Shown: positions 14,303 to 26,416 of the stretch, one piece after another | Layout: each line of letters begins with the position of its first letter | How positions within the stretch are numbered: the stretch's first letter is position 1 | Origin: Heterodontus francisci | Taxonomy: Eukaryota | Assembly (NCBI RefSeq): GCF_036365525.1 | Contig: NC_090401.1 | Coordinates: 61,948,868-62,012,867, forward strand | DNA length: 64,000 nt | Direction: 5' to 3' | The notes under the pieces: model-generated | The model's input: only the letters and a program-made list of their open reading frames with translations | Databases searched by the model: none | Told to the model about the DNA's origin: nothing | Program-made: the position numbers and the translations under genes

Positions 14303-16321
14303 TTTTGTTTTTATTCATTCATGGGATGTAGGCATCTCTGGCCAGGCCAGCATTTATTGCCCATCCCTAACTGCCCTTGAGAAGGTGGTGGTGAGCTGCC
14401 TTCTTGAACTGCTGCAGTCCATGTGGGGTAGGTACACCCACAGTGCTGTTAGGAAGGGAGTTCCAGGATTTTGACCCAGCGACAGTGAAGGAACGGCGAT
14501 ATAGTTCCAAGTCAATATGGTGTGAGACTTGGAGGGCAACTTGCAGGTGGTGGTGTTCCCATGCATTTGCTACCCTTGTCCTTCTAGTTGGTAGAGGTCG
14601 CGGGTTTGGAAGGAGCCTTGGTCTAAGGAGCCTTGGTGCATTGCTGCAGTGCATCTTGTAGATGGTACACACTGCTGCCACTGTGCGTCGGTGGTGGAGG
14701 GAGTGAATGTTTGTAGATGGGGTGCCAATCAAGCGGGCTGCTTTGTCCTGGATGGTGTCGAGCTTCTTGAGTGTTGTTGGAGCTGCACCCATCCAGGCAA
14801 GTAGAGAGTATTCCATCACACTCCTGACTTCTGCCTTGTAGATGGCGGACAGGCTTTGGGGAGTCAGGAGGTGAGTTACTCACCTCAGGATTCCTAGCCT
14901 CTGACCTGCTCGTAGTCACAGTATTTATATGGCTACAGATCAGTTTCTGGTCAATGGTAGCCCCTAGGATGTTGATAGTGGGGGATTCAGCGATGGTAAT
15001 GCCGTTGAATGTCAAGGGGAGATGGTTAGATTCTCTCTTTTTGGAGATTGTCATTGCCTGGCACTTGTGTGGCGCGAATGTTACTTGCCACTTATCAGCC
15101 CAAGCCTGGATATTGTCCAGGTCTTGCTGCATTTCTACACGGACTGCTTCAGTATCTGAGGAGTCACGAATGGTGCTGAACATTGTGCAATCATCAGCGA
15201 ACATCTCCACTTCTGACCTTACGATTGAAGGAAGGTCATTGATGAAGCAGCAGAAGATGGTTGGGCCGAGGACACGACCCTGAGGAACTCCTGCAGTGAT
15301 GTCCTGGAGCTCAGATGATTGACCTCCAACAACCGCAACCATCTTCCTTTGTGCTAGGTATGACTCCAGCCAGCGGTGTGTTTTCCCCCTGATTCCCATT
15401 GACCTCAGTTTTGCTAGGGCTCCTTGATGCCATACTCGGTCAGATGCTGCCTTGATGTCAAGGGCAGTCACTCTCACCTCACCTCACCTCTTGAGTTCAG
15501 CTCTTTTGTCCATGTTTGAACCAAGGCTGTCATGAGGTCAGGAGCTGAGTGGCCCTGGCGGAACCCAAACTGAGCGTCACTGAGCAGGTTATTGCTAAGC
15601 AAGTGCCGCTTGATGGCACTGTTGATGACACCTTCCATCACTTTACTGATGATTGAGAGTAGGCTGATGGGGTGGTAATTGGCTGGGTTGGACTTGTCCT
15701 GCTTTTTGTGTACGGGACATACCTGGGCAATTTTCCACATTGCAGGGTAGATGCCGGTGTTGTAGCTGTACTGGAACAGCTTGGCTAGGGGCGTGGCAAG
15801 TCCTGGAGCACAGGTCTTCAGTACTATTGCCGGAATATTGTCAGGGCTCATAGCTTTTGCAGTATCCAGTGCCTTCAGTTGTTTCTTGATATCATGCGGA
15901 GTTAATCGAATTGGCTGAAGTCTGGCATCTGTGATGCTGGGGACTTCAGGAGGAGGCTGAGATGGATCATCAACTCGGCACTTCTGACTGAAGATTGTTG
16001 CAAATGCTTCAGCCTTATCTTTCGCACTGATGTGCTGGGCTCCCCCATCATTGAGGATGGGGATATTTGTGGAGCCACCTCCTCCAGTTAGTTGTTTAAT
16101 TGTCCACCACCATTCACGGCTGGATGTGGCAGGATTGCAGAGCTTCGATCTGATCCGTTGGTTATGGGATCGCTTAGCTCTGTCTATCGCGTGCTGCTTA
16201 CGCAGATTGGCATGCAAGTAGTCCTGGGTTGTAGCTTCACCAGGTTGACACCTCATTTTCAGGTATGCCTGGTGCTGCTCCTGGCATGCCCTCCTGCACT
16301 CTTCATTGAACCAGGGTTGGT
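14303..16321 (-). mobile_element. CR1/L2-group LINE family B, 5'-truncated ORF2 (RT) with few frameshifts
   Basis: ORFs 15474-16256, 14623-15477 and 14367-14819 join into one RT (QFGFR, LDIKAA.DRV, GVPQG.VLGP, FADD). One frameshift coincides with a CTCAC micro-duplication at about 15473-15490. Confidence 0.88.
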
Positions 16322-16369
16322 CTCCTTCTGTGCCAAAGTTGTTCTATAGTTCTAATGGCAGTCAACATA

Positions 16370-16870
16370 AAAGAGAACCACAAAATCTTCTAACGGCGTG
16401 CAAATAGTAAGCGGGTAGTAAGAGGTGGAGTGGGGCCCATTCCCAACAAAGAGAGTAATATATGCTTAGAAAGGCAGGGCATGGCTAATATACTTAATGA
16501 GTAACAGTGTTCACTAAGCAAATGGAATCTGACGATATATCAGAAGAAGCGGAGAGAGTAGAGGCAATGAATAAAGTAAATATTGAGAGGGGAAGGTACT
16601 AAAAAGGCTGGCTATGCTGAGGGTAGATAAGTCACCTGGTCCAGATGGCTTGCATCCCAGATTGCTAAAGGAAGTGGAGATGGAGATAGCGGAAGGGCTA
16701 TAATCTTCCAATCTTCCTTGTATACGGGGGAGGTGCCAGAGGATTGGACAGTGGCAAATGTGACACCTTATTCAAGAGAGGATGTAAGGACAGTCCTAGC
16801 AACTACAGGCCAGTTAGTTTAACATCAGTGCTAGGTAAGATTTTAGAAACAACAATCAGGGGAAAAAAAC
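16370..16870 (+). mobile_element. CR1 internal fragment
   Basis: Encodes DKSPGPDGLHPRLLKEV...VPEDW..ANV.P...NYRPVSLTSV. Confidence 0.75.
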
Positions 16871-16876
16871 ACACTC

Positions 16877-17460
16877 AACAGGAAGGGCTTCCACTCCCTG
16901 AAGCTGGTCTGCGACCATAACAAGCGCTTAATGCATGTGTGTGCATGTTATCCTGGCAGCTGTCATGACGCCTTCTTCCTTCGGCAGTAGAGGGTGCTGC
17001 TGCTCTTCATGGCAGTACCGACACTCTGCAGATGACATCTAGGGAATAAGGGATATCCCTTGAAGAGATGGCTAATGACATCTAGATATGCTCCTGCAAC
17101 GGAGGCACAGAGGCGCTTCAACCGAAGCCATCTGCTCACAAGGAGCACCATCGAGCAGGCCATGAGGCTTCTGAAGATGCAATCCCAGTGACTTGACCAG
17201 TCGGGTTTCGCCCTCCAGTACACTCCCACAGGGTGTCGTGTATTACAGTGGTCTGCTGCACTCGCAATAATATGGCCCTGCAGAGAAGAGGGTGAACTGC
17301 TGAGCGGCACAGCTCATTGGAGGACGAGGAGGAGGAAGATGCAGAGCAGAACGGAGCCTATGCTGTGCAGGGAGGTCACTGAGGCTGCCTCATGAGTCAA
17401 AGCACTCATCAGGGTGGCATGGATGCTAGGGCCAATCTGATCAAGACATGTTTCACCTGA
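16877..17460 (+). pseudogene. Harbinger DDE transposase (HARBI1-like), C-terminal part, disrupted
   Basis: Manual translation gives [13 protein letters not shown]...[20 protein letters not shown](N)KGYPLKRWLMT and EAQRRFNRSHLLTRSTIEQAMRLLKM..*LDQSG.ALQYTP, with an acidic tail. Stops and frameshifts are present. Confidence 0.85.
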
Positions 17461-17742
17461 ACACTACTCATCCAGCAGGACTGCGTGCTCTGAATCCACA
17501 ATAGACACAACTCTTATTAGTTCCATTCTTCCCAAAAATGCATGGAAAACATCTCTCCAGCAATCACAATGTCCACGTTCACAGACCATTGCATTGCTTG
17601 CCCACTTCTTCCCTTTTCTGCCATATTGCCATCAAAGAATGGAAACACACAAGTCTGGGTTCGTGCAACAACATGGCCATTGTAATGAAACATAATAACT
17701 TTACACATCCACAAAGATACCCAAGTGAATCACTCAGTGCAA

Positions 17743-19075
17743 TTAACAATGTGGTGGTCTTTGTTCGCAGCCACTCCTATGGTGTGCTCCCTTTGTGGCC
17801 TCGGATGAGGTAGAGGCAGCCTGCTCACATGTGCCTGCCTGTGGCTGAGATGCCCGTGGCGATCATCCCGTCGTGGAGGTGCCAGTGGGACACCTCCAGA
17901 GGCTGCAGCACTGGCGTCAATGCTGGGGCAGCCTCCGTCACAGGGCCTTGCAGCAAGATGGTTCCTCAGTCAGAGGGGGGGGGTCAAGGAGGTGGATGAT
18001 GATGGCAGCACCCTGGAATGGCACCTTCATCACTATCGGTGACTGCCTCAGGCCTTTCATGGCGCACTCGATCACTAGAGGGAACCACCAGCTGGACCAC
18101 AACTGGCATCCACTCCATACACCTTTGCATCATTGGCGCCACTGATCGCTTTGTGCACGTCAGTGCACTGTTCCTGTATCTACTCAGAGTGATGATGCAT
18201 CCGTCTCTCCATGAGGTTGAGCACTCTTTCAAAGGAGGAGCTCGTGCGCTCCAAACCCTGAGATATAGCAGTGTATATGTGCTGAAGGGACTCCTCCATT
18301 CTCAGTCCGTCTGGAAATTCAACGTTGTGGCATCAGTTCTGGATTTAGTCAGTGGCAGGAAAGCACCAAGGTGGCATCATTGCCCAGAAGCACAGGAATG
18401 TAATTTAAACTGTACAACAGTTTGTTTTACTACAGTAGCATGTAATTGATCGTGATTCAATGGAGGTTTGGAATTAAGTGGATGACGGGCAGCCCTCACA
18501 TTCCTTCAGACCCCCAGCCATTGAAAGCTGGCAGCATCAAGGGGAGCTCAGTGCCGCGACAGGTAGGCAGCCATGACCAGCACAGCACGGGGGAAGAGGG
18601 AGGGAGCGGAGGCCATTGTCAGCCCATGGGGCTGTGCGCCCTGCGCGGGTGGGCTTGTTCTCGGGTGGCAGTGCCGGGTGGGCTTGGTCTCGGGTGGTCT
18701 GCAAGAGGGGGGCTTGGTTTTGGGTGGCACTATCGGGTCTCCATACCGTTGGGTGAGAGGGTCAGGTGCTCATACTGCTGGGTGGCAGTACCGGTTGTCC
18801 GTACCATTGGGTGAGAGGGTTGGGTGTCCATACTCCTGGGTGAGAGGGTCGACTATCAGCAAGGTGGGCACTGAGGGTCATTAGCTAGACTGCCGAGAGA
18901 AGTAGCAAAGGGTAAGCTGCCAAGGCAGGTTCGTCTCTGCAAGGACAGTGCTCCAGAAGCCTATGGATCACCTTGCACGGGCCTCATATACTCTATCTTT
19001 CTGGACCTCCATGGCATGATGTAGCGCCTCTGACAGAGGGGGAAGGGTGAAGTCAGCAGCTCATAATTCAGGCAT
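17743..19075 (-). pseudogene. Second Myb/SANT-like accessory gene of the Harbinger element (decayed, putative)
   Basis: The N-terminus MPEL*AADFTLPPLSEALHHAMEVQKDRVYEAR resembles the RxPRFS..LE.L..A...R..LF motif. The C-terminus G*SPRASQPQAGTCEQAASTSSEATKGAHHRS aligns by eye to the first gene's GRPLKSSQAKGQRDQLPASSPAASAGVTPHRS. Confidence 0.5.
18650..18855. repeat. Degenerate GC-rich tandem repeat (about 28-30 bp unit)
   Basis: Recurrent CATAC..TGGGTGAGAGGGT and GGGCTTG.TCTCGGGTGG units. Confidence 0.55.
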
Positions 19076-19181
19076 GATAGAATAATCAATTTCCACAATG
19101 AAAGTTAATTTCAAAAATGAAAAATCTTCTTAAGACAAAACAAATGGCATATGTCAAACATTAATGAACCACCAAGTGTGT

Positions 19182-20826
19182 CTAGGTGGTTTTCTTCATA
19201 CATTTGTGAGTGCTTCTATGAGGTGTGACCCCTGCACTAGCAGCTGGGCTGGAGGCAGGCAGCTGATCACGCTGCCCTTTGGCCTGTGATGACTTCAGCG
19301 GCCGTCCTCTGGCTGCCTGAGGCGTGGAGAGCCCCGGCTGCCTGAGGGTTTCCTGCACTGGTGCAGGACACTCCTCAGGCGTTGTGGCTACTGGTGCTAG
19401 GTGCACTGGCGGAGGGGCACTATCGACACTCAGAGCGCCCTGAGGGGAGTCCCCAGCTGTGGTGGTCATTCTCCCCTCCTCTCTTTCAAGGCTCATTTGA
19501 AACTCTTGCTGACCAGAGAAGGGTGAGGAGCTGGAGAAGACTCCAGGGGCCTCAACCTTCTCTCGCCTTGCCACTGCTGCGTCGGGCTCTTGTCCAAGAC
19601 GATGGTGTGCAGGTTTGTGCACATCTGTGAGATCTGGCTCTCCATGAGGGTCGCCAAACTCTCAATGGAGGAAGCCATGCACTCACAAAGCTGAGACGTG
19701 GCAGCACTCATGGAATGGATGGACTCCTCCGTCATTTGCTCATGGCTGCACATTGCTTCTGGCATCTCTGCCAGATGTTGCCTCACCCCTATCTGCAACT
19801 CCAGGTCCTGTGCTGCCAACACCAGAGGCTTGTCATGAGCCTGGCCACCGACAGTCCATGACTGTCAGAGCCTCGGCTGTCTTAGCCTCAGCCAGCTGCT
19901 TGGACGCGTGTGCGGTTCTCTCACCAGCATGTGACCCAGATTCTACAGCCGACGGAAACCCACCGAGGTGAGGGTACCTGTGCTGGTGGAGGGTGCAGGA
20001 GAGTCATGTGATGGTGCATTGCTAACTGCTGATTCTTCTCAGAGGTGAATTACATCCCCCTTCTGCTGGAGTCTCCTGTGGACGCCGACCTGCTTGACAG
20101 AACACAAACGTGTGTGGGTTAGGTTGTGCAGATCTTCTCATGCCAACCATGTGGGATGCCAGTCTCCAGAAGTGATCTGTATGTCGATGGAAGACAACTG
20201 TCATTCTCTTGCGCGGGGACTCCAGTCTCACCATCCGCGATTGACCAGCCGCCCTGGGTCCCCGCTAATTTCAGTGGCTCCTCCTCAGCCGTGGAGAGAG
20301 GCCTGATGTTTGGGATGTTTCTGCCAATCTGCAATGTCTCCCTGCTGTATATGGGCCCTCTTGTCCTGCAAGTGGAAAGAGGGAGATAGTCATATTTCAC
20401 AGAAAGATTAACATGACATTTCTGCTAATGGCAGCCCCTCATATATCTCATCCTTCTGTCTGTTCTCAGGGGATTTATTGGGAGTGAGCTGTGACAGAAG
20501 GTGGCCTGCAGCCATTTGTGCTGCCTTCCTCCTGTGTAGCCATATGCAATCACTAAAAAGAGAGGTATGGAGCAGTCACCTTGGCAGAATGAAGAAGCTC
20601 AATGACCCTCTTGTGGCACTGCACCCATGTTCGGAGGGGCTGGGGTGACCCCATAGCTGCTGACCTCCTCAGCAATCTCCATCCAGGCTTGCTTGGTCAG
20701 GCGGGAGGACCTCATCTTGCCATCACTGGGGAACAGGACAACCTGCCTTTCCCTTGCTGCCTGGAGGAGAACCTGCGGGCAGGCATCACTAAACCGTGGG
20801 GCCACCCTGTGTCTTCTTTCAGCCAT
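19182..20826 (-). pseudogene. Harbinger Myb/SANT-like DNA-binding gene (NAIF1/MSANTD-like), spliced, decayed
   Basis: MAERRHRVAPRFSDACPQVLLQAARERQVVLFPSDGK...TKQAWMEIAEEVSS...TWVQCHKR. Downstream exon-like blocks lie at about 20210-20368 and 19182-20093 (coiled-coil-like, then an S/P/A-rich basic tail). Confidence 0.8.
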
Positions 20827-21642
20827 GGTCATTGCAGGTTCACTTTCAGCACCTGCTTCAGAGTCACCTGATGGCGTATTCGGCACCTTGAATCCTGTCC
20901 CCAGTATTGTAATTAGCCAGGCTCCGTGCCTCCTTTATTATAATTGGCAGCCTGCCACATGATTAAAGTGGGCCGGCTGCACATATGACAAGTGGGGATG
21001 CCCACTTTTGGGTCCACCGCCTGCGACGGGCTCACTAAATCCAGTCCCCCAACTTCGGAGTCCCGACCCCAGACTGAAAATCCAGCCCAGGGTCTTTACT
21101 GTAGCACTTGACTCCAGTTTGCATATATTAATGAAACCTTTGCCTTCTTCCGTCTGCATTGAGACTCGCCCAAAAATTGGAATAGGTGGATAAGTCTACA
21201 GCTTAATCCTCCACATGATTTGGTCCTGCTGCCACCAGATTTTTAGTTATAAATAGTGCAGCCATAAGAGGACAATCACCCAATATATATTATTCTGCTT
21301 GTGGTAGATAGATGTCCCTTCAAGGCTACTAAGTATAATTAATGTTATGTTTGGATGGGTTCATTCAAAGGTTAATAGCTATTCAGGCCAGAGATCTGAA
21401 ACTTGCATTTGTTGATGGTTAAGTCAATTAAGAGTTTGCAGATAGTGTGGCTCCAGCACTTACTATTCCTAGGGAGTTTCTCTGTACATTTCTTTGTACT
21501 TAGGTAAAAAAACTGACACAGAAATTGGCATCAGCCAATGTCATCTATCGAGTCATGGACAGTGTAGTAGGCATTCATAATGTGCTATTTTAACAATATT
21601 TATATATTAAAATTTACATTATGAAAATTGCAATTAACTTAA

Positions 21643-21897
21643 TCATTGTACATTTTTATAACTTGGAGGCTTAAATAATGTATAACATACAGATGTGGGT
21701 GTTGGCTGATAAACTTTTTGATTTACTACTGTACCTGGTTGGCATTCATCAGACTGGACTGTTTCAGAAACAGTATCTGGTAATATAGGAAGGCTGCTAC
21801 AGGGAGGTGGAGGGCTTGAATTTAAAAGCTTTAGAGATTCTGTATTGGAGGGTTCTTCAGGTGGCTGGCAATCTGTCGCATCTGACTCAGAACACAG
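21643..21897 (-). CDS. Candidate terminal exon of an unrecognised gene
   Basis: Acceptor TCTTTCCTGCAG is followed by 84 open codons in phase 0 (LCSESDATDCQPP...PPPPCSSLP...KPPSYKNVQ*). No homology recognised. Confidence 0.35.
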   Translation of the reverse strand: MCSESDATDCQPPEEPSNTESLKLLNSSPPPPCSSLPILPDTVSETVQSDECQPGTVVNQKVYQPTPTSVCYTLFKPPSYKNVQ

Positions 21898-22713
21898 CTG
21901 CAGGAAAGACAATGAAGCAAAGTGTTAACACAGTGCAGTAGCCCTGCAAAGTAGAGAAGTGACAAACAGGTTACGGCCCTGGCTGAGGCCTTCAGTTAAG
22001 ACAAATAATGATTAAGACTTGAAGTGTTTTAATTAAAATTAAAATGTTCAATTTCTTTTTTGATCAAATTAAGTTGAATTAATCTTGTCACTACTTTGCT
22101 GTAATACACCAACTGTTTTAGCATTATATTCACAGTAAAAGCACTCTACTTTGTAACTGTGTGTACTTGTAGCTTGTTATATAAAGCCCTAGCATGGTAC
22201 TAAATTTTTACTGAATACCTAAAATGTTTATACTATTAATCTGTTAACAGCCTGTATCTGTATAAAACAAACTTTGAGCTGCAAGGTAGCATTTGCTCAC
22301 ACTTGGATTTGAGATTTTATTTGTTTTTGTGTCTGATAATAACATTTCTCACCAGAGTGGCATTCTGTGAAATGAAAAATATATATTCTTGCCATAATAA
22401 AACATTAAGAGTTTGTCTCCTCTTCCAACCATCAGACCTCAGACGAGATCGTCCAGTGCAAAATTCAGAACCATTATAGCAGAAGTCTTTGAACTTCAAC
22501 AACAGCCACATAGCAACCAGAATCATTGCTACACTGAGCTCAGCACAGGTGGAGCATTGTTATCAGGAATTGCAATCGTGTAAACAAAGCAGCCAATCCA
22601 GAGAATTCAAATCTCCCTGTGAAGAGTTCTGAAATTCTTCACAAACAGCATTATGGAAAGATCACAGCAGACTTGAGTTCCATCAGCATAGTGGTTGGTA
22701 ATCTGCTGACACA

Positions 22714-22727
22714 GTCACTATGGAAAC
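22714..22727. promoter_or_regulatory. RFX X-box-like motif
   Basis: GTCACTATGGAAAC (reverse GTTTCCATAGTGAC). A CCAAT box lies at about 22593. Confidence 0.35.
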
Positions 22728-24212
22728 AAGCTTATTTTAGACTATTCTAAGCTTTTAGTATAAGTGAAATAGCTTTTATGTTGTCTGACATATTAACTGT
22801 GCCCTTTAGTCTTTATTATACTACATCAGGTACACATAGTCACATAGTACATGCTCCATCTCTAGGTTACACCATCAAAAATAGTCACCTCTAAACCTAA
22901 CTGCTTAGCGTGTGTATGAATAGAAGTTTGGATTTCTTTAGTTGTCTAGTCTCTAGGACATTTAATAATGCTTATGACAAATTAACTTTGCTTCCTAATT
23001 TTTGTATGGCAAAATATTTTGGAATACAGAACAAACAAATCTACATCATGGTAGAATGACAAAAAGGTGATCCTATGTAGCATACAAGTATTAAGCTATC
23101 CACCCTCCCAGCTTTGAACTACTCAATCCACATTAGGGGATTTCTGCATTGTTTAATTAATATTCCAAAACCAGAAAGAAAAAAATCCTGGTTCCAATTA
23201 CTGCTTTTCAAAAGAGAGCTGTCATGTGCAACCCGCCTCTTTCCTGATTGGTGGATGCTCGATGAACCCTTTTACCATTTTCTAGATGCACAAGTAAACT
23301 GTTTCCAGTTTTGTGATGCATCACCTTTGTGTGCATGTTTGGTAAGATCCGTTTTGCATACAGAGAGCTTTTTCCAATGCCACGTGCCACTTCCCCACAC
23401 CCCCAACCCCACAGATGACACCCCTCACCCCACCCCATAGAACCCCACCCCCACCCCCTCATCCCATAGCCCTGCACACCTTCAGCTTCAGACTGGACAA
23501 AAGGTGGCCACTGCAATATGTAAACTTGAGAAGTGTCCTGGGGCTGAAACTTAGATCCTTGACATGAAAAGCCAAAGTTCAAATACACTGTGGCCTTCAA
23601 TGCCTCAAGAACTATATATTTCTTCTAAAATTCTATTTGCTAAAAAAATTATCATACATCTGATTTAACTTTCAATCCTTCCAACCTCAGATGGCATCGT
23701 CTAATGTACATTTGAGAACATACTTGTAAAGTTCCCCAATGGTTTAGTTAGTGACTGCAGTGTTACTGGGTAACAGCCAAGACGACTGGAAGGGTCTCAA
23801 TACCCAAGTCACAGTCAGTCCTGAGTTAGTTGGTCTTGACTGCGGTGCTAATAGTTGTGGTATAGTTGACACGAGCTATTACAGGGGAAAATAAATCACT
23901 CAGGATCCTGTTGCTGTTCATTATCCAGTAACTACAGTTGGAAAGTATACATTTATTGACATTGAACAAGAGTAGGATCAGTTTGGCTGAGACAATGCTG
24001 TTGGTTAAGTGGCCTGTCACCATTCATTATCCAAATCCACACATGAAGAGTGGACACTTGGGTTGCAGAAGGCAGCTGCTGTATGGGGAAGTATACCAGA
24101 ACCTCTGAGTCTCTGATATCAACTGCAGAAGGCAAAATAAGAAAACTTGACGGAATAAACACTTTATTTTTATTTAAAATTAACTTAAGAAAAAAATTGA
24201 TTGGCTGACTAC

Positions 24213-24472
24213 CTTCGGGATGTCTGGGATGTCTGTATCAAACAAGTGGTTTTGGAGTCTTTTTGGAAGGTTTTCTGAGTCTGCAGCTACTGACGTGATT
24301 CCCAAAGCATCCTTTAATGTTAGAATAATCCTGCCCTTGTAGTATGCGGAAATGCTGTTATCTTCCTGCACATACTGCTCAATCACCCAGTCAATCATTT
24401 CACAGTCATCCTCCCAATCATACGGAAGAATCAAGGAGCTCTCCCTGATCCAAGCTCTGCCAGTTTGGTTCT
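24213..24472 (-). CDS. Candidate internal exon of an unrecognised gene
   Basis: Protein-like open frame NQTGRAWIRESSLILPYDWEDDCEMIDWVIEQYVQED...FDTDIPDIPK between AG and GT, embedded in AT-rich intron-like flanks. Confidence 0.4.
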
Positions 24473-25710
24473 CTGGAATTGTGTTATTCCAAGTAAAGAG
24501 ACTGGAAAAGGAATATAATAATAATAAATAAATGGGCTGTGAAAAAACTGTCATGCACAAATAGAAATAATATGGAAAGTCTCAATTCAGTTCCCAGCAG
24601 AACAAATCCACATCAGAAAATCTAGAAACAATTCTACCTAACAATTGAACCATTGGGGAGGACGCAGATAATGAACCTGTATTTTTCTTTTTAATAAGTA
24701 TTTTCTTTATGTTTTCTACGAGATGGAGATTTCCTGAGGAATGGGCAAAGGTCTATGTTTGCTCCAGATGCCAACTGGGATAATCTGTTTGAATCACTGC
24801 CCTTTTTTCCCATCCATTGCCCTCAGTCAGAGTGACTACCTGATATCTGAGACTATCAAATTACTAGTTTTTTTTCTGATTGTGCCTTCCATTTGTTATT
24901 TTATATCAAAATATTTCAACCAGTGCAAGTAGCCACACTAATAATCACAGCCCGCTATTCCTCACTAACTGCCTTCCCCCACCCCCTTCAGCTTGTTTCT
25001 GTATCCAGGATACTGCACACTTGATCTAGTATGTTGCTGTAATGCCATAATGGAACAGAGGTACTGAGCAGTGAAGGTGATTCCTGGCAGCCTTTATCCT
25101 ATATTACAGATTTCAGAGATTTAGAAACTGATTGAAAACTTAAATGCTTATAGATTAGAGGAAATCTGATGAAAGAAAAATAAACACACTATCACATTCT
25201 CATGATGTCCAAAGTACTTTACAACTGATTGATTACTTTTTGAAATGTAGTCACTTGTTATGTGGAAAAGCATGGCAGGTAATTTACCCACCGGAAGATC
25301 CCACAAATAAGAAATAGTCTGGTTTTGGTGGTGTTGACAAATATACTAATGGATTTGTTACATGCACAGTGTTAGAAATTGATAATTTTTCAGCCCTGAT
25401 TCACAGTTTGATCATTATTCTTTATCTCATGTCCCACACACCAGTCAGTTCACTAAGAACCACTCACAACAATGAATTATTTTCATAATATAGATAAGTG
25501 CCCCTCGGGTAAATGCTGAAATAACAAATCAATCGGAGTGCTGAAAATTGGGACAGAAGGGCTGATCAGGGTGGGGAGGCCAGGTGGGAGGTGGGGGGTG
25601 GGGGTGGGGTGGAGACTGAGATGAGGGTGTCGAGGTAGCAGTCATGAGGGAAGGGTTGAGGCAGTGGTGGGCAGTGGTGACATGCAATAAAATATTTTTT
25701 ACAAACTTAC

Positions 25711-25817
25711 CTTTTTGGTGGTAGTCTGGAGCAGTAGACTTGGTTTTCCAGACCAGTTGTGTCCAATATTGCACAGGAGGTTGCACACAGTCGTTAGGCT
25801 CCTTATTTACATATGCC
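25711..25817 (-). CDS. Candidate internal exon
   Basis: Strong AG|GTAAGT donor but weak acceptor. AYVNKEPNDCVQPPVQYWTQLVWKTKSTAPDYHQK is phase-compatible with the neighbouring candidates. Confidence 0.3.
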
Positions 25818-26211
25818 CTGGACACCAATCTTTCTGCCTACAGCATTATGGCAGTTGACACACTTCTGGCTCATAATGAGCGTGCACTTCCTGCCCACCA
25901 TATTGGAGGCTTCAGAGCCCATTTAGGTCCTTGAAAATGGCTTTGTGCCATTAAATTGCGAGACCAAAGGATCTTAATAAAATGAAAGCCTTCCATGTGA
26001 CAGTTAAGGTAGAACTAAACTGCTTTGCTTAAAGATGCTGAAGTGATCTTATCACTGAAATGTTATACTGATAATTATCACTGTGAGGTTATATGATATC
26101 ACCATGGAAAACAGTTTGGTACAAAAAGGAAATTGGTTTTCAGTTGGGAAGCAAATTATTGAGCTTTTAAAATGTCTGCTTATATTTTTATATAATTAAT
26201 TTATGACTAAC

Positions 26212-26416
26212 CTCTTTTCTTGAAGGTGTTTTGAGGGAACATCATTTATCCTGGAATCAAAGTAATGTTCATCTGTTCTCTCTTTGGCACACCGATTACT
26301 GTGGCTGCCTCTATCTCCACAACACTCATCCTCTTGCTTAGTCTTTCTACGACCACAGTTGTAACATCTGATTTGATGTACTTTACAATGCCCATTATCA
26401 GACTGAACCTCACAAT
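26212..26416 (-). CDS. Candidate internal exon (Cys/His/charged)
   Basis: Acceptor TTTCTGCACAG and donor AG|GTTAGT enclose the open frame CEVQSDNGHCKVHQIRCYNCGRRK...KHLQEK. Confidence 0.35.

Larger units (their letters stand above)
10345..16353 (+). mobile_element. HER/CR1-type LINE remnant split into three pieces (10345-11308, 13986-14300, 16322-16353) by nested insertions
   Basis: CR1 RT C-terminal motifs (KFADDTK, LYKTLVRPQLEYCVQFWSPH). The sequence resumes colinearly after each insert, with TSD GTACA at 11304-11308 / 13986-13990. Confidence 0.8.
16877..21088. mobile_element. PIF/Harbinger DNA transposon, decayed, left end lost
   Basis: A HARBI1-like transposase on the plus strand converges with Myb/SANT-like genes on the minus strand. 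The right terminus is AAAATCCAGCCC (inverse GGGCTGGATTTT) at 21077-21088. The block is GC-rich in AT-rich flanks. Confidence 0.85.

Noticed and set aside
16877-17460. Host HARBI1 or NAIF1 genes
   Set aside because: Multiple stops and frameshifts, a transposon terminus nearby, and a second related copy at 45649.
18650-18855. CRISPR-like array
   Set aside because: Degenerate contiguous minisatellite without unique spacers, in a vertebrate transposon.
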